Below are positions 44,690-58,190 of a DNA stretch of 64,000 nucleotides, piece after piece. Source of the DNA: the human T2T-CHM13v2.0 reference genome, Homo sapiens. Below the pieces are notes generated by a model, which was given only the letters and a program-made list of their open reading frames with translations, was not told the DNA's origin and did not search any database. The position numbers and the translations under genes were made by a program. The first letter of the stretch is position 1. Each line of letters opens with the position of its first letter. The stretch is from assembly GCF_009914755.1 (NCBI RefSeq), contig NC_060937.1. One strand, written 5' to 3'.

Positions 44690-45520
44690 TTGAAACATTC
44701 TGTAAAAGAGAGAGAAGGATTAGACCTGAACTGCTGGATATAAAACATCTTATAAATCTACTGTACTTCTGAAAGAATATGTTACAGATACTACTGATAA
44801 AATGAAAATAACAGAGAGAGTAGTATATACCTGAATTTAGTTCATGTGATTAAAATGACAACAAAAATCACTAATTTACTAATGAAAAATCTGCTTGAGA
44901 GACAACATGGTTATACTCCTACCTCTCCTCACACATAAAAATACACTTTCTATACAGTAGGTCAATAACACATTAAAATATACAGAAAAAATAGGTAAAT
45001 AATTACCTAAAATATTTTCCTAAGTATTATGGCAAAAGAAACAACAATAAAGGAAATAAAATAGCTCTGCTACACACATGTTTTTAAATGTTTTTTAAAA
45101 AGTAACAAAATGTAGGTACAAAACTTCAGAAAATATCACTATATATGACTAGGTACTATATATATTGAGATAGTTACAACTCAGTAAAAATATAAAAATG
45201 CTACAAGGAAAATAACACAAATCATGAATAAAATATTATTAAAGTTAAAATATCAAATACTAACATATGTGAAAATAATTGGGGAAATGGACACCTCTTT
45301 ATTTCTGTTTGGAAGTTAATCAATGTGATGATCTACAGGTGAATGTGTTGATATAAACTGAAAGGCTTTAAAATCTTCCTGCTTTGTAAGTCAGTAATTC
45401 CACTTTCAAATATTTGTTTACACGTAACAATCAGAGATGCCAATAGAATGTATATATTGCCTAATATCTTAAAATGGTGACAAATATGCAGCATTGGAAG
45501 ACTATAAACCTCTAAATCCA
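44690..45520 (+). mobile_element. Highly diverged L1ME-type fragment
   Basis: A-rich with scattered L1-like motifs (gaaggattagacc...gatataaaacatcttataaatctactgta; ttatactcctacctc...cacataaaaata; cagtaattccactt). Confidence 0.4.
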
Positions 45521-46525
45521 ATATAATTTCAAACCTGCTAACAATGTTAGCAATTAATATTGATGTTCTTCAAATGGCAGTAAAGCAAAGACTTTTTTCT
45601 TTTTTTTTCTTTTCCATATTTTACTAATCTACTATAAACCTATACTACTTTTACAGTAAGGGAAATTGTTGTAACTTACATTAAACACAAGTGATGGATG
45701 ACAGACAAGAAACAGTAACTTAGCTTGTACTCACAGAATACACAGTAGAGTGGTGGATTGCATGGGGACTTGAATGCTTGACTAGGGAATTCCTACATCA
45801 TTGACTAGGCAGTGGGGAACCATCGAAAATCTTTGAGCATGGAATTCACAGAGTCATTTTGGCAGTTGTGTACATGGCTAAGTGAACGACTTTGAATCTA
45901 GTTGCAAAGAGGCCAATTGTGAGAGTTCAGGGACCTTCAGAAAGTAACATCAGGAATTTCAAGATGGTCAGATACCCTTAAATAATAAGTAGCTCTCATA
46001 TTACATATACAAAGTAAGGCCTTGATGTCAACTGCCATAAGATGCAGCAATATTTTAAGCTTTGTATTCCTCTCTCAGTGATCTCCTGAAAAGAATAGGC
46101 ATGGAGTTCATGAGACTCATATGAAGAACCAACTGACAGCACCACATCTACAATCTGGGTCCTGGAGTTTTAAGTATATCATGTTGCTTTTAGGCTAGAT
46201 TTAACTGTGAGGATAATAAGAAACATGGGTATCTCTGTTACTTCTAACTAGCAGGTCTGTGCATTCAACCATTGGAAACTCAAATATTTCAGAAATATAT
46301 GGTAAAATAATAAATTCACATGGATTTTTAAAGGGCTCTTAGACACGTGGAGCATTGCCAGGTTAGCTATATCAATGACAGGGGCTGTAATGACATTCCC
46401 CGCCCACCCAAGCCTTTGGAGTCATTTTCCTTCCCAATTACAACATAGGTTTCAACGTGTGGCTATAAACTGATTTCAAACTTGCCTGATGCAACCCTTT
46501 ACAAATGCTCTCCTTAGATAACTAA

Positions 46526-46848
<323 letters not shown>

Positions 46849-48541
46849 AATAAAATGGTTTTAACCTGTAGGATCCCCCTCTTTCTATAAGAGAATCCTT
46901 AATCTCACTTTTAAATCAGTTCCACTTCACTGAAATAAAAACCACTTCCTCTTCCCTAAAATAGTTTTTGCAATATTTCCTTTACAGGATCATTGTACTC
47001 TTGAACTCAAATCTTCTCCCTTCGCTAACACTGCTACATCTAGTCTGCAGTCACATATCTTGCCACTAACACTCTTTCAAGATGGACACTTCTTGGCCTT
47101 GGAGTTTCTGTTTCATTTATTCAGTATTCTATGTCTCCTTTTTATAGTTGGATCACAAACTGATTGGGAAAAAAGATGATGTAAAATTGCCTACACTTTT
47201 TGGCAAAAGAACAAAAATATAGAAGATCGTAATATTTTTGTTCTAAGAATAAAATCAGATAAAATGAAAAGCTTTTCTTACTCTGTAATTTAGTAAAATA
47301 AAATAATACTATGAAGCAAAGAAATTCTAAACTTTGGAAATAAAAACATAAGGAGCAGGACATTTTATATTAGCCCATAAAACACCATATTCTTTGGCTA
47401 CTGGTTTTGAGAATCACACTCTAGATTACTGGAAAAGAAGGGGTTATTCATAGGAAAGTCCTGAAATAAATTCTCTGGGTACCCAGAGATGAAGTGAGCC
47501 TATGTATTAACTATTATAAAACATGCCTGTGAAATAAATGTGTGCTTTTTTTCTTTACTCAATTTAGAAAAAAGACATGATTTTTATGAGTGATAGGAGA
47601 AATGATGCAGCATCTTTTTAAAACTGTGTTATGAAACACTTTTGTGTGTTTTTTGTTTCTTTTTTTAAAAGTAAGCTGCTTTTCACTTTCTCTTTGGCAA
47701 TTAAATTTATACATATCTGAACAATAATATTTACTAAATTCCAAAGCTTAAATTTTGACAATTGCTTAAATGTGTAATACAATAATAGGCCAAGATCAAT
47801 GTATTTAAGTATATCAGATAGATAATATTTAATGATCTACATAAGTAAAGTTAGTAATCTCAAGAATACATATATGTTTTTATACATTAAAGGATAGAGA
47901 AATATATCTAAGAAATATACATATATATTTATAACTATATATCTATATATTAGTTTATAGTGTAGGAAAGAAATTTTGAAGGGACTCTAAGTCAGCTAGA
48001 AATCTGGTCAATACTCACATGGCCACTAAGTTGATGATACCATTGAATAGGTCATCCAACTTTTCAAATCTATTCATTAGTAAAATAAAAATATTGATGT
48101 TAGAATTAAGGGACATTAAGTATATAAAGTGTCTCCCATGTAAAAGGGAGTCAAAAAAAGTATCCTTGCTTATTTCAGAATGATTGTGAAGATTAAATTG
48201 GATAACTTTAAAACTCTTGGGGCTCTGCTCTATATATGCTTCCTATTTACCAAGTTATTCATTTATCCATCCTAGGCATTTTAAGTACTTACTATGTGGT
48301 AGATACATGTAACCATTCCATGTTAAAAGAGTTAAGTGTTCCACATAAAATTCAAGATAAATGTAAGATATTCAAGGTTATCTTAAGCTTAACTGTATTT
48401 CTGGACTTGTTCTGTATTTAATGTAGCAAAGGATTAAATCATCTTTAAGTGAAAAGCAGGAGGTTAATCATCAGTTGTGATTTCATATTTCATGGTGAAA
48501 CTTAATTTGGCCCCACCACAATTCTAATTTTAATATGGTAT

Positions 48542-50296
48542 CAATGACAGCAGCAGCCCATCTGGAGCAGCCACTGCAAACATGCTGGCTGCAGCGGAGG
48601 AGGTGAGGCCAGGGCTTTGCACTCCGTGGAGCTAATGGGGACTGGGAACAGGCAGGAGACCCGCCCTCCTGGGCACAGCTGCAGCCACCCAGCCATGGCT
48701 GCGGATTGGGCATCCCTGTGCTCCTGGGCCTGGGAAACCCTTCTGCCCCTGCAGGCTCAGAAGTGCCCACTCCCACTGCTTGGCCTTCCCCTGGCCTCTC
48801 CCTGCCCCTGGCCACCTCTCCAATTTTGGAACAAAGTTGAGGCTGAGCCCAGGAGCTGTTGCAACACAGCCCTGTGTGTGGGCACTCAGGATGGTGCTAA
48901 CATGCCAGCACACTGCAGCCTTGGCCCCCTGTGTAATTTGGGTGCCGAGGAGCAAGGCCAAGGTGGGGCTGAGGATGTCTACATGAGGTCTGCAGGTGCT
49001 CCTTGGCATGAACAGCCGGGGCACCATGGACATGATTGATGGTGGCAGACAGGCTCCTTGATGGAAAGGGGCGGATCCCCAGTGAAGCCCCTCCTTCAAG
49101 CCCATGTCAGCCTGAAGCATGGGGGCCGGGCTGTCACTTCCAGGTGGACCAGGCAGCCCCAAATGAGATCTTATGGTGCTTTTCATGGATCTGCCCATGG
49201 CCACCCATGGGCCAATCAACACGCATATCTAAAGCCCATAAAAAAGCCCCTCCTTCAAGCCCGTGTCAGCCGAAGCATGGGGGCCGGGCTGTCACTTCCA
49301 GGTGGAGCAGGCAGCCCCAAATGAGATCTTATGGTGCTTTTCATGGGCCTGCCCATGGCCACCCATAGGCCAATCAACACGCATATTCTAAAGTCCATAA
49401 AAACCCTGCACTCAGCCAGACTCACAGAGACATTGGGACAACCTCCCAGCAGATAGAAACTACCACTCTGGGCCTCCTCTCCACTGAGGGCTATGGACGT
49501 CAGAACGATCTGCCTGCAGAAAGGCACTACCCACTGCAGGTCTCCTCTCTCCTGCCAACTGGACATTGTTGGGAGGACCTGCCTACAAAAAGGAGCTACC
49601 CACTTTGGGTCTCCTGAGAGCTGTTCTGTTGCTCAATGAAGCTCCTCTCCACCTTGCTCATCCTCTAGTTTTCCATGTCCCTCATTCTTCCTGGACATGA
49701 GACAGAACTCAAGACCTGAACTGAGACCTGCCAAATGGCAGGACTGAAACAGCTGTAATACAAACAGGGCTGAAATGCCCCCTTGCTCACCATATTGCAG
49801 GCAACAAGGAGAGAAGAGCTACAGCCCTTCGAGGAGCCTAGACCTAGAGGCCCCCCAAGCCAGGGCTGTAACACCCTCTTTAGGGTTCTGCGGTTCCTGG
49901 TGTCTCCAAGCTTCTGGGTGCCACTGCATTCCCTTTGTCTAGATGTGGGTGCCCACATCTAGACTTCATGCAGTACATCTGGTCCAGCCACAGCCTTGCA
50001 CAGAGCCAGCACCTGTGCCAGCACCTGGAGCTGCCCGTCCTGCCACAGCAGCCAGAATGCCTGGCTATGCGCAGTGGCCAGACCCTGTGCTCAGTTGCCC
50101 ACACTCCTCTCACTGCTCCACACCTGGCTCACCCTTGGCAGCTGTGGAATCTGGGCTGGTAACGCAAGCTGAGCACAGCCTGCCAAGCTGAGTGAGTGGA
50201 GTAAGCCCAGCAGGCATGAGCAATACTCAGGCAGAAGGTGTGGTCTGCCATGGAGGTTTCTGGCTGGCAAATTGATATGCCAAGGATCCCATGACA
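48542..50296 (+). mobile_element. ERV1 solo LTR, MER52A-like, with 4-bp TSD
   Basis: GC-rich ~1.75 kb block starting caatgacagcagcagcccatctggagc and ending ggtttctggctggc...caaggatcccatgaCA; TSD GTAT at 48538-48541 and 50297-50300; contains CCAAT and CATAAAA promoter motifs. Confidence 0.9.
49085..49402. repeat. Two-copy ~159-bp tandem duplication inside the MER52A LTR
   Basis: Copies 49085-49243 and 49244-49402 differ at about 8 positions by manual alignment. Confidence 0.95.
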
Positions 50297-52241
50297 GTAT
50301 AGTATAGGTAATGCAGTCCTGATTCAGGATATTTATCTTTTAAAAATAATTAAAATAGCTAAAAGTAACTGATAACATAGTGATACAGAACTAAAGAGTA
50401 TTCATACTAATGTAAAATGTGTTAAATTGTGACAGTTAATGGGAATGAGGCAGATACATTAAAAAACTCATGACAAAGCAATAAACAACTTGTTTTATCC
50501 ATTTCAAGGTAGAAAATAGCATCTAAGGCCAATAATAATATCAATTTTTAGAGAAAAAACTAATTTCCATTTGTATCATTAGTATTGCATGGCATATAGC
50601 CTGATCCAAACACTTATTACAGGAATAAAGATTAATCCACAAGAATATAGCAGACTAATTAAATTCACACACATGAATGTAAAAATCACCATTTTTTAAT
50701 CAAATAAATCTACAATTTTAATTACAGTGGGTACTATATTTAATGACTAGGGTGAGGGCAAGTTGAACATTTTAATAAATTTGAATAAGCATACATTAAT
50801 TATACTGCAATGAATGCATATTTGAGGGAATATGCAGTTTTCCATTTTAATAATGTTAGAATAACATTGTAATATGGGCCCATAGAGCAAAAACTATTAA
50901 TTAGGCCACCAAAATATTTTAGCATGATTTTAACAGTTTGGCTCAATACCATGATTACCATGTCAGATTCAGTCAATTTTAGTCAAAATCATGTGGACTA
51001 CTTGAAGTGATATAAGTATTCTCAACACAGTATCTGGAGAACAGCTGTGTAAACTAAAATATAAATGTACATATTTTATAAATTTTCTTTCAGTGACACC
51101 TAACCCACTTTAGACTCTCACAAATTTGAAATTTTTAAAGAGGTAATGGAGAGTACTCATGTATCATAAGGAAAAAATAAAAGGTGATCCTTAGCTTGTT
51201 GAAACTGGGTTCTCCACCTTTGCCACTTTTTCACCTTCCTCTACCCTTCCTCAAACTCTCCCCACTTTATGTTCAGACCCTAACATTATTTTTACCAGTT
51301 AGGATCTTGGTTTATTTTGAAGTTCTATTGTGCCAATGAGATTTAGGTAATTGCGTGTTATGAAAATGATTAAATTCATTTCCCTAAGTAAGTCAATAAT
51401 GTAGCCTAATCACGTAGTTTGGCATATTTCATTCTTTAAATGCATCTGTCTTCAATTGGTTTGCTTATAGAATCAGTCCAAATCCAAACATCTTCCCTAT
51501 TCATAAGCACAAATAAACCTTCACTTCTGATTTTTAAAAAGGTTTCTCTAAAATTGTGTCTAATGCTTCCTAACCTGTAATCAATATTTATGCTAACTAT
51601 TTGAATAAAAGTCTCTATAAAAGTTTAGTATTTAGCATTATGACATGAGAATTATTTCAAAAACGTATCTCCAGTAAGACTAAATCGATTTTCAAGCTAT
51701 TTTAGAAATAGTAAAATATTTTATTTTCAATCAAAATATTTCTTTGGGTTAATTTTTAAAAGCTGGGTTGTTATATTTCTTCTCTTTTTAATTTTAGGAC
51801 AAGCTATTTTTCATCTTGAAGCTTTGATTTTTCTTTAATTTATGAGATGAAAAATCACAACATATGTGATGAATCTCTGGGCAAAGGAAAATATACCTCT
51901 TGAAGTGCATTATACAATATTGTTATTTTTAACCATAACGAGTGACCACTTATTATGTATATAACACTTATTTTGTGTACTAAATTTCTGTAATATTTTA
52001 GAGAAATACATCGGTCCTTGATTTCAAGGGCTTGATAATTTGGTCGCGGAGGCTTTGCACATGCAAATGGAAGAATTTAATAATCAATAGACTGACAAAG
52101 GAACATCTAAGTAAGCTGACATTTTTAAAAAGTCCTCATAATCTAGGTTTAAGCTCATCATATGGAAAACTGCTATGCAAAAGTGTTAATATACAGAAAA
52201 TTTAAAAAAAAAACAAAAAACAAAAAAAGAGAGAGAGATAC

Positions 52242-52535
52242 GGCCGGGTGCAGTGGCTGACACCTGTAATCCCAGCACTTTGGGAGGCCAAGGAAGGTGG
52301 ATTATGAAGTTCAAGACCAGCCTGGCCAACACGGTGAAACCCCGTCTCCACTAAAATACAAAAAATTAGCCGGGGTGGCAGCATGCGCCTGTAGTCCCAG
52401 CTACTCAGCAGGCTGAGGCAGGAGAGTTGCCTGAACCCAGGAGGCTGAGGTTACAGTGAGCTGAGATCGTGCCACTGCACTTCAGCCTGGGCGACAGAGA
52501 CTCCACTCCATCTCAAAAAAAAAAAAAAAAAAAAA
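52242..52535 (+). mobile_element. AluS with a small internal deletion in the left arm
   Basis: Both arms and poly-A; ggattatgaagttcaagacc lacks the usual ggtcagg segment; preceded by an A/GA-rich tract at 52204-52238. Confidence 0.95.
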
Positions 52536-52604
52536 GGGACATTACAGAAAAGACACAACTACATAAGGGATCTGTGTGACTTTTATTGTGATTCTTAATG
52601 GTGG

Positions 52605-52800
52605 ATGATTATCAAAGACTTCCTATGCTCCAAGCATTATACACATAATATTTATAATCTCACAACAGTTTTACAAGGTTGGTGTGATCCTTCTTTCTCA
52701 GGTAAGGAAATAGAAGTTCCTTGAATCTAGATAACATAATTCACTCAGGAAATGGCTGAGCCTTGATTTACATATGTCTGTTTATCTCTCTGAGTCTAGG
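52605..52800 (-). mobile_element. MIR SINE fragment
   Basis: aatctcacaacagttttacaagg...caggtaaggaaatagaagttc...aaatggctgagcc. Confidence 0.55.
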
Positions 52801-52829
52801 CTGATGATTTGTTTTTGTATTATCCACCT

Positions 52830-53035
52830 ATAAAGCTTTCTCACCCAATGCAACCTATTTTATCCTGTTACCCTGTTTCGTGTTACAATGGTCACTATCT
52901 GAAATTATACAAATTAATTGTTCACAGGATTATAGGCTTATCCATTAGAATGCAAATTCCATAAGGCCAATGCCTTCTATATTCCTAGCATTTAGAACAT
53001 AGTGACTACTCAATGCATATGGCTGATTGAATTAA
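52830..53035 (+). mobile_element. L2 3' end fragment
   Basis: ccattagaatgcaaattccataaggcc...attcctagcatttagaacatag...ctcaatgcatatggctgattgaat. Confidence 0.6.
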
Positions 53036-54617
53036 AAAACAGCTTGATCTAATAGAATCTCATGCCTCTTTCCTTACATGGCATGTAGTTGTTTCAGATG
53101 GCTTCTTGAATAATACTGCTTTAACCAAAACGAGTTAAGATTCTAATTATATGTGCATATATATGTTTATTTATAATATTTTCTAATCACTTTTTGTAAA
53201 ATAAGCATAAAGATCAAATTAAGTACTTAAACCTGGTACACAAAATGAGACAAGTAATGAGTCTAGCAAAATGTACGATTAATATATAGTCGTTATCATT
53301 CTGAGATATTAACCCATGCACATTTTCTATCTTATTCTTTTAGCCAAGTGATCCCTCAAGCTATGTACAATTTTACACAAACACACAAACAAACATACTT
53401 GCTTTCAGGATAGGTGAGCATGAGGCCAAAGGGGCCACTCTTAGGCTGTACTATATACTAGTCTATGCTAGGTCTAAAAAATAAACACCAGCCAAGTAAT
53501 GATTCATCACGAAAATAGTTACTAAGTTCCTAACGCTACTACCAAGGTTACAAAGGGAATATTAGAGAAATTTCAAATTCACTGTTACATTACTTATTTT
53601 TAATTAACCATTGTAAAATTGACTACTTTTTTTGCCACTCATACTTCTAAAGATATATTTTCTTAGTTATTTAAGTGGGAGTGGAATAGTTACTGGAAAT
53701 TAGCATGTCAAGTCTTATTTTTGAGTGGCTTTGATAAGAACAGTGGAACCGAAGACAAAATGTAAATGTAATTAATAGCTACAAAAAAGTGAGATTATTA
53801 TGTAACCTTCACTTCTTTAGGCTAATTAAGCCTCCTATGCCACCACTGTCATTTATTTTTAATAAAGTTATTAATTTCATATAATTAATAGTGTTATTAC
53901 CCTGGCCTGGAACTAATTTCAGAAAATTCACACAAAAGTTTAGATGTATTTTATGTATCCAATCATTAGTTATGTCATGTCACAGTCCTCACCTTATCAG
54001 TAAGCGCATTAGATTTATACACATTTTTAACAGTGCAATTTGCTATCAGAATAATGCCAGTTAGATTATACCTGTGTCATTTTCTGCACTTGAGTTCCGA
54101 CTGACTTTCATTAGAGCCAGGCTCCAACTTTCACATGTGCTTCTGCTCAATACTCCTTACAATGACATGTTTACACTACTGTTGTTAATACCATTTCCAT
54201 CATCATTATTTCCTTTATCTCTATTATTAAACTGACTCTGAACATTTACTCTCTGCTAGGCAGGGCATTTGACACATTATATGTATTTACCTTCAAAGTA
54301 GATTTATGACACAATTATTAGATTGCCATTTAATATGTGAAGAAACATGCTTGTCCAAGGAAACATAGGTACTGTGTGGTGCCTATGATCAGCAGCAGAA
54401 CTCTTATCCTGAACAGATACATTCCACTATAACTCTCCATGTACATTGTTTTATTTCACTCTCTGCATCATAATCTTGCATGGAAGAGATTATCATTTGC
54501 ACTGGGTCTTCTGTGCCTAATAGAGCATATTAACTAATTAAGGTGCTATCAAAGAATTAAAAGAATATGTGAAGCTACACAATTTCCAAACTGAAAAAAA
54601 ATGGATATCATTTTCTT

Positions 54618-54946
54618 TCTTCCTTTCTTCCTTTCTCTCTTTCTCTCTCCCTCCCTCCCTTCCTCCCTCCCTTCCTCCCTCGCTCCCTTCTTCCTTTCCT
54701 CCCTTTCCGCCTTCCTTCTTTCCTTCTTTCCTTTCTTGACAGGGTCTCACTCTGTCGCCCAGCCTGGAGTACAGTTGAACAATCACGGTTAACTGCAGCC
54801 TCGACCTCCCAAGGCTCCAGTGATCCTCACACCTCAGCTTCCCGAGTAGCTGGGACTACAGGTGTGTGTCACCACACCTGGCTAATTTTTTGTAATTTTT
54901 TGTTATTTTTTGTAGAGATGGAGTTTCTCCATGTTACCCAGGCTAG
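54618..54946 (-). mobile_element. 5'-truncated AluJ whose tail is now a (CCTT/CCCT/CTTT)n tract
   Basis: gacagggtctcactctgtcgccc...gcagcctcgacctcc...gatcctc; 12-bp TSD tatcattttctt at 54606-54617 and 54947-54958. Confidence 0.93.
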
Positions 54947-55533
54947 TATCATTTTCTTATCACTTGATTAAAATGCAAAAATGTCTAAGGCTTTTGCAAG
55001 ATAATGTCATGTATCTATTTGGGCCTCCTTTTCCCTGTAACTTTAGCCCAATCTCAGTATAATATTTGACTTTTCAGTTAAAATCATATCACTGACCTTG
55101 GTGGAATCTTATTTCCTACTTTTAGACTATAATTCCTTATTAATATTCTGCCTTTAGGTTGAAATGTTATTGGATTTAACTTCAAATTCACAGTATAATA
55201 CAGTACTGAGTTAAAAAGTATAGTGGGAGAGTAGATTAAATAAACCTGTAATCTTAATTAGATACATATAACTTTACTCAAAACAAAACCCACAAAAAAT
55301 ATTTCTAACTATGTATCTTCTGCATTTGTCCCTAGAAAAGGGCAAAGAAAAATGTTTAACACATTCACAATGGAGGTGATTTCCAGTGGTCCGTGTCTTA
55401 TAACATCAACCACAACATTGTCAGCTGTAAGAAATATTCTCCCACAAATTGCAAGTAATATAAGACTGTTCCTCTCGTCATTAATAATTACTTTTTTTCC
55501 CATATGGTAACAGAAAAAAACAACTTACATTAG

Positions 55534-55826
<293 letters not shown>

Positions 55827-56399
55827 ACCGCCAAAACTTTGCCCATTAAACATTTGGATCACACTGAGAAATGCAATCACTGAGGTGGGAAATAAAATGT
55901 ACTTCTTTTACCGGCTGGAGCTAACTAGAAGTCAAGGTGTTCACTTTGGTGCATCACAGATAATAATGCTGCCTACAATATATGCCAAGTCTTATTTACG
56001 TACTTTTTTGACTCAAATTAGAGGGCATAACATAGCTTCATTATAACTCGGCAGAAAAATCTGAGTTCAGTCTGTTTAAATCATAACAACTGGTTAATTC
56101 AATATTTTAAAAAGGCAGACAAAATCATCAATTGATTATATTGTAATTTATGATTCCCTGGACTGGAGTTCTGTTTTCCAACCTTTTTAAAATTTCTCTC
56201 CTAAGTAGCCTTTTAAGACATTTTTTCTTAATTGTGAAATCCATGAAACATTAATACCACAGATAAAGTGTATATCTGTTTATATAATATATGTAAATCT
56301 GTGCTTTATACATGAAAAGAATAAGAATCTTTTAATCTCCCCCAGGAACCAATTTTAGCCTCTTTGGGGTTTATATATCTCCACTGAGACTATATGAAG

Positions 56400-57571
56400 T
56401 AGACAAAGCTCAAAGTTTCAAATTGTAGAAAAAAATATTTTCACTTACTTTCAATGAGGCATCTGCCAGTTTATATAGTTTCATGTACTCTTACAGTTTT
56501 TTTTACAGAAATAATTTTAAATAAATGGAATGAGACAAATGAAGCAGAGCAGATAAACATTTTTTTTCCAAACACCTTTACACCAATATATTGCATACTC
56601 TATAAGGCAAAGTACTGATGTGTGTAAAATTTCAACGATGTTTACAAATACGGAGTTTTACATCCACTCCAGAACTGTGCAACAGTCCTCTATGTAACAG
56701 TCCCTTCCATGCATTCTAACTTTGTAAACTAAAATCTGTAAAAGATGAGGGGAGATAAATGTAGAAAGTCAATAACAAATGTGTCCCTATATCAGAAAAT
56801 TTGGTGCTAGATAAAAACAAAAGGAGAATATTGCCTGGATATTTTTTCCTTTGTATCTGATTAGACTGGCATTATGTAGAAATTGCCTTAGTTTTGAGTA
56901 TATTTTATGTGATAAAATTGTGAACGGTTTTGACAGTTAGTTGGTGTCCTTACACTTACCCGTTTGTGTTAGCTCCTATTCATTGTTATCTCTTTGTCTT
57001 TGTCAAGATTTTTTTTATTGTTTGTTTTGTTTTGTACAAATAGAATTTAAACTGGAGAAAAATAATAGTACATAGCAGGGGTTAATTTCAACTAATTTGG
57101 ATTGACCACACGCTAATCTCCCAATGCTATAGAATCCATTAACTATAGGTAAATGATATTCTGTAATCATAAGTCCATATGTTGTTTTGGAATAGGATGT
57201 ATCAGATTGTCAGCATTGTTTAGTAATAATAATTGGATTTATAATTTGCATCTGGTTTTGGTGAAGCCTGGGTGGGGTTTCAAAGCTAATGCTGGTCACA
57301 TATCTTTGTGAACAGCAGGCCTCGCACCTTGAGCCAGCTTTGGGCTTCCTGATACAGGGATGCTTTGCATGTGTGCTGCTGGTGGTTGAAGACAATGCAT
57401 GTTCTGTGCAACCCACCCAGGAGCAGAAGGATGAAAGAGCTCTCTGCCTGCTATCTCTGGACCCTTTTCAATGCAATCCTTCTTTTGCTGCCGCTTTTCT
57501 ATTTCTTTTCCCAAAATAAAGGTGTCCCACGAGAACAAAGTGATCCTTGTAAACTTTCCAGTAGTGGAACA
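56400..57571 (-). other. Candidate terminal exon plus 3'UTR-like block of an unidentified minus-strand gene
   Basis: Possible acceptor caccattAG|tgttcc at 57572/57571 (weak pyrimidine tract); frame open for 91 codons to TGA at 57296; repeat-free UTR-like sequence follows, with minus-strand AATAAA at 57014-57019. Confidence 0.35.
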
Positions 57572-57924
57572 CTAATGGTGATTAATATGTGATTAATATA
57601 GTTAGTAATGCAAATAATTTCTATTCATAAAAATGCAAATGTCTCCAGTGAAATGCAATTGATTGATTATCCGCCTCTGGATATTGACCAGTTTTACCAG
57701 TTGTTTATCCATTTGTAAATTTGTTTTGGCATTCCTTATCTGACTTTAATATGTGGTATTTTGAATTTTCCTTTGGACCAAATAGAATATCTTACTGGTT
57801 TCTTCATTAATTAATGGATTAAATAAAATATTTGACAGGTTTTCATTATATATCAGGATGATAATAATAATATATCCTATATCCGCTTTCAAATTTTATC
57901 ATTTATCAACTTAAAGAATGGTAA

Positions 57925-58190
57925 CACAGCTTAGTTTATTAGGACTAAAGGCACTAGTCAGATTGCCCAGTTTTGAATCCAGATGCTGCCAGCTATGTGC
58001 CCTTGACTAAGTTACTTAAATCCTCCAAGTACCCATTTCATAAGCTGAAAAAAGGATTATATAACATAACTTCCTTATATTTTAAAATCAATATGTCTTT
58101 GATTTCTGTCAACAAAATGGGAATATTAACAGCTCCTATCTCATGTGACTTTGAGATGAGTAAACGAGAAAATACAAGCAAACAACTAGC
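57925..58190 (+). mobile_element. MIR SINE fragment(s)
   Basis: agtcagattgcccagttttgaatcc...agctatgtgcccttgactaagttacttaa...caaaatgggaatattaacagctcctatctcat...gagatgagtaaacgaga. Confidence 0.7.

Noticed and set aside
48483-50191. Dense overlapping ORFs of up to 196 aa on both strands, some with internal repeats
   Set aside because: All lie within the GC-rich MER52A LTR, where stop codons are scarce; the repeated peptides mirror the 159-bp duplication; no gag, pol or env similarity
48542-50296. GC-rich island as a gene promoter CpG island or a foreign insert
   Set aside because: CpG-depleted, bounded by a 4-bp TSD and matches an ERV1 LTR
55309-55503. 64-aa ORF with a faint resemblance to an ABC-transporter tail (IFLTADNVVV)
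   Set aside because: Only a few matching residues, no other ABC motifs or exons, no convincing acceptor; treated as chance
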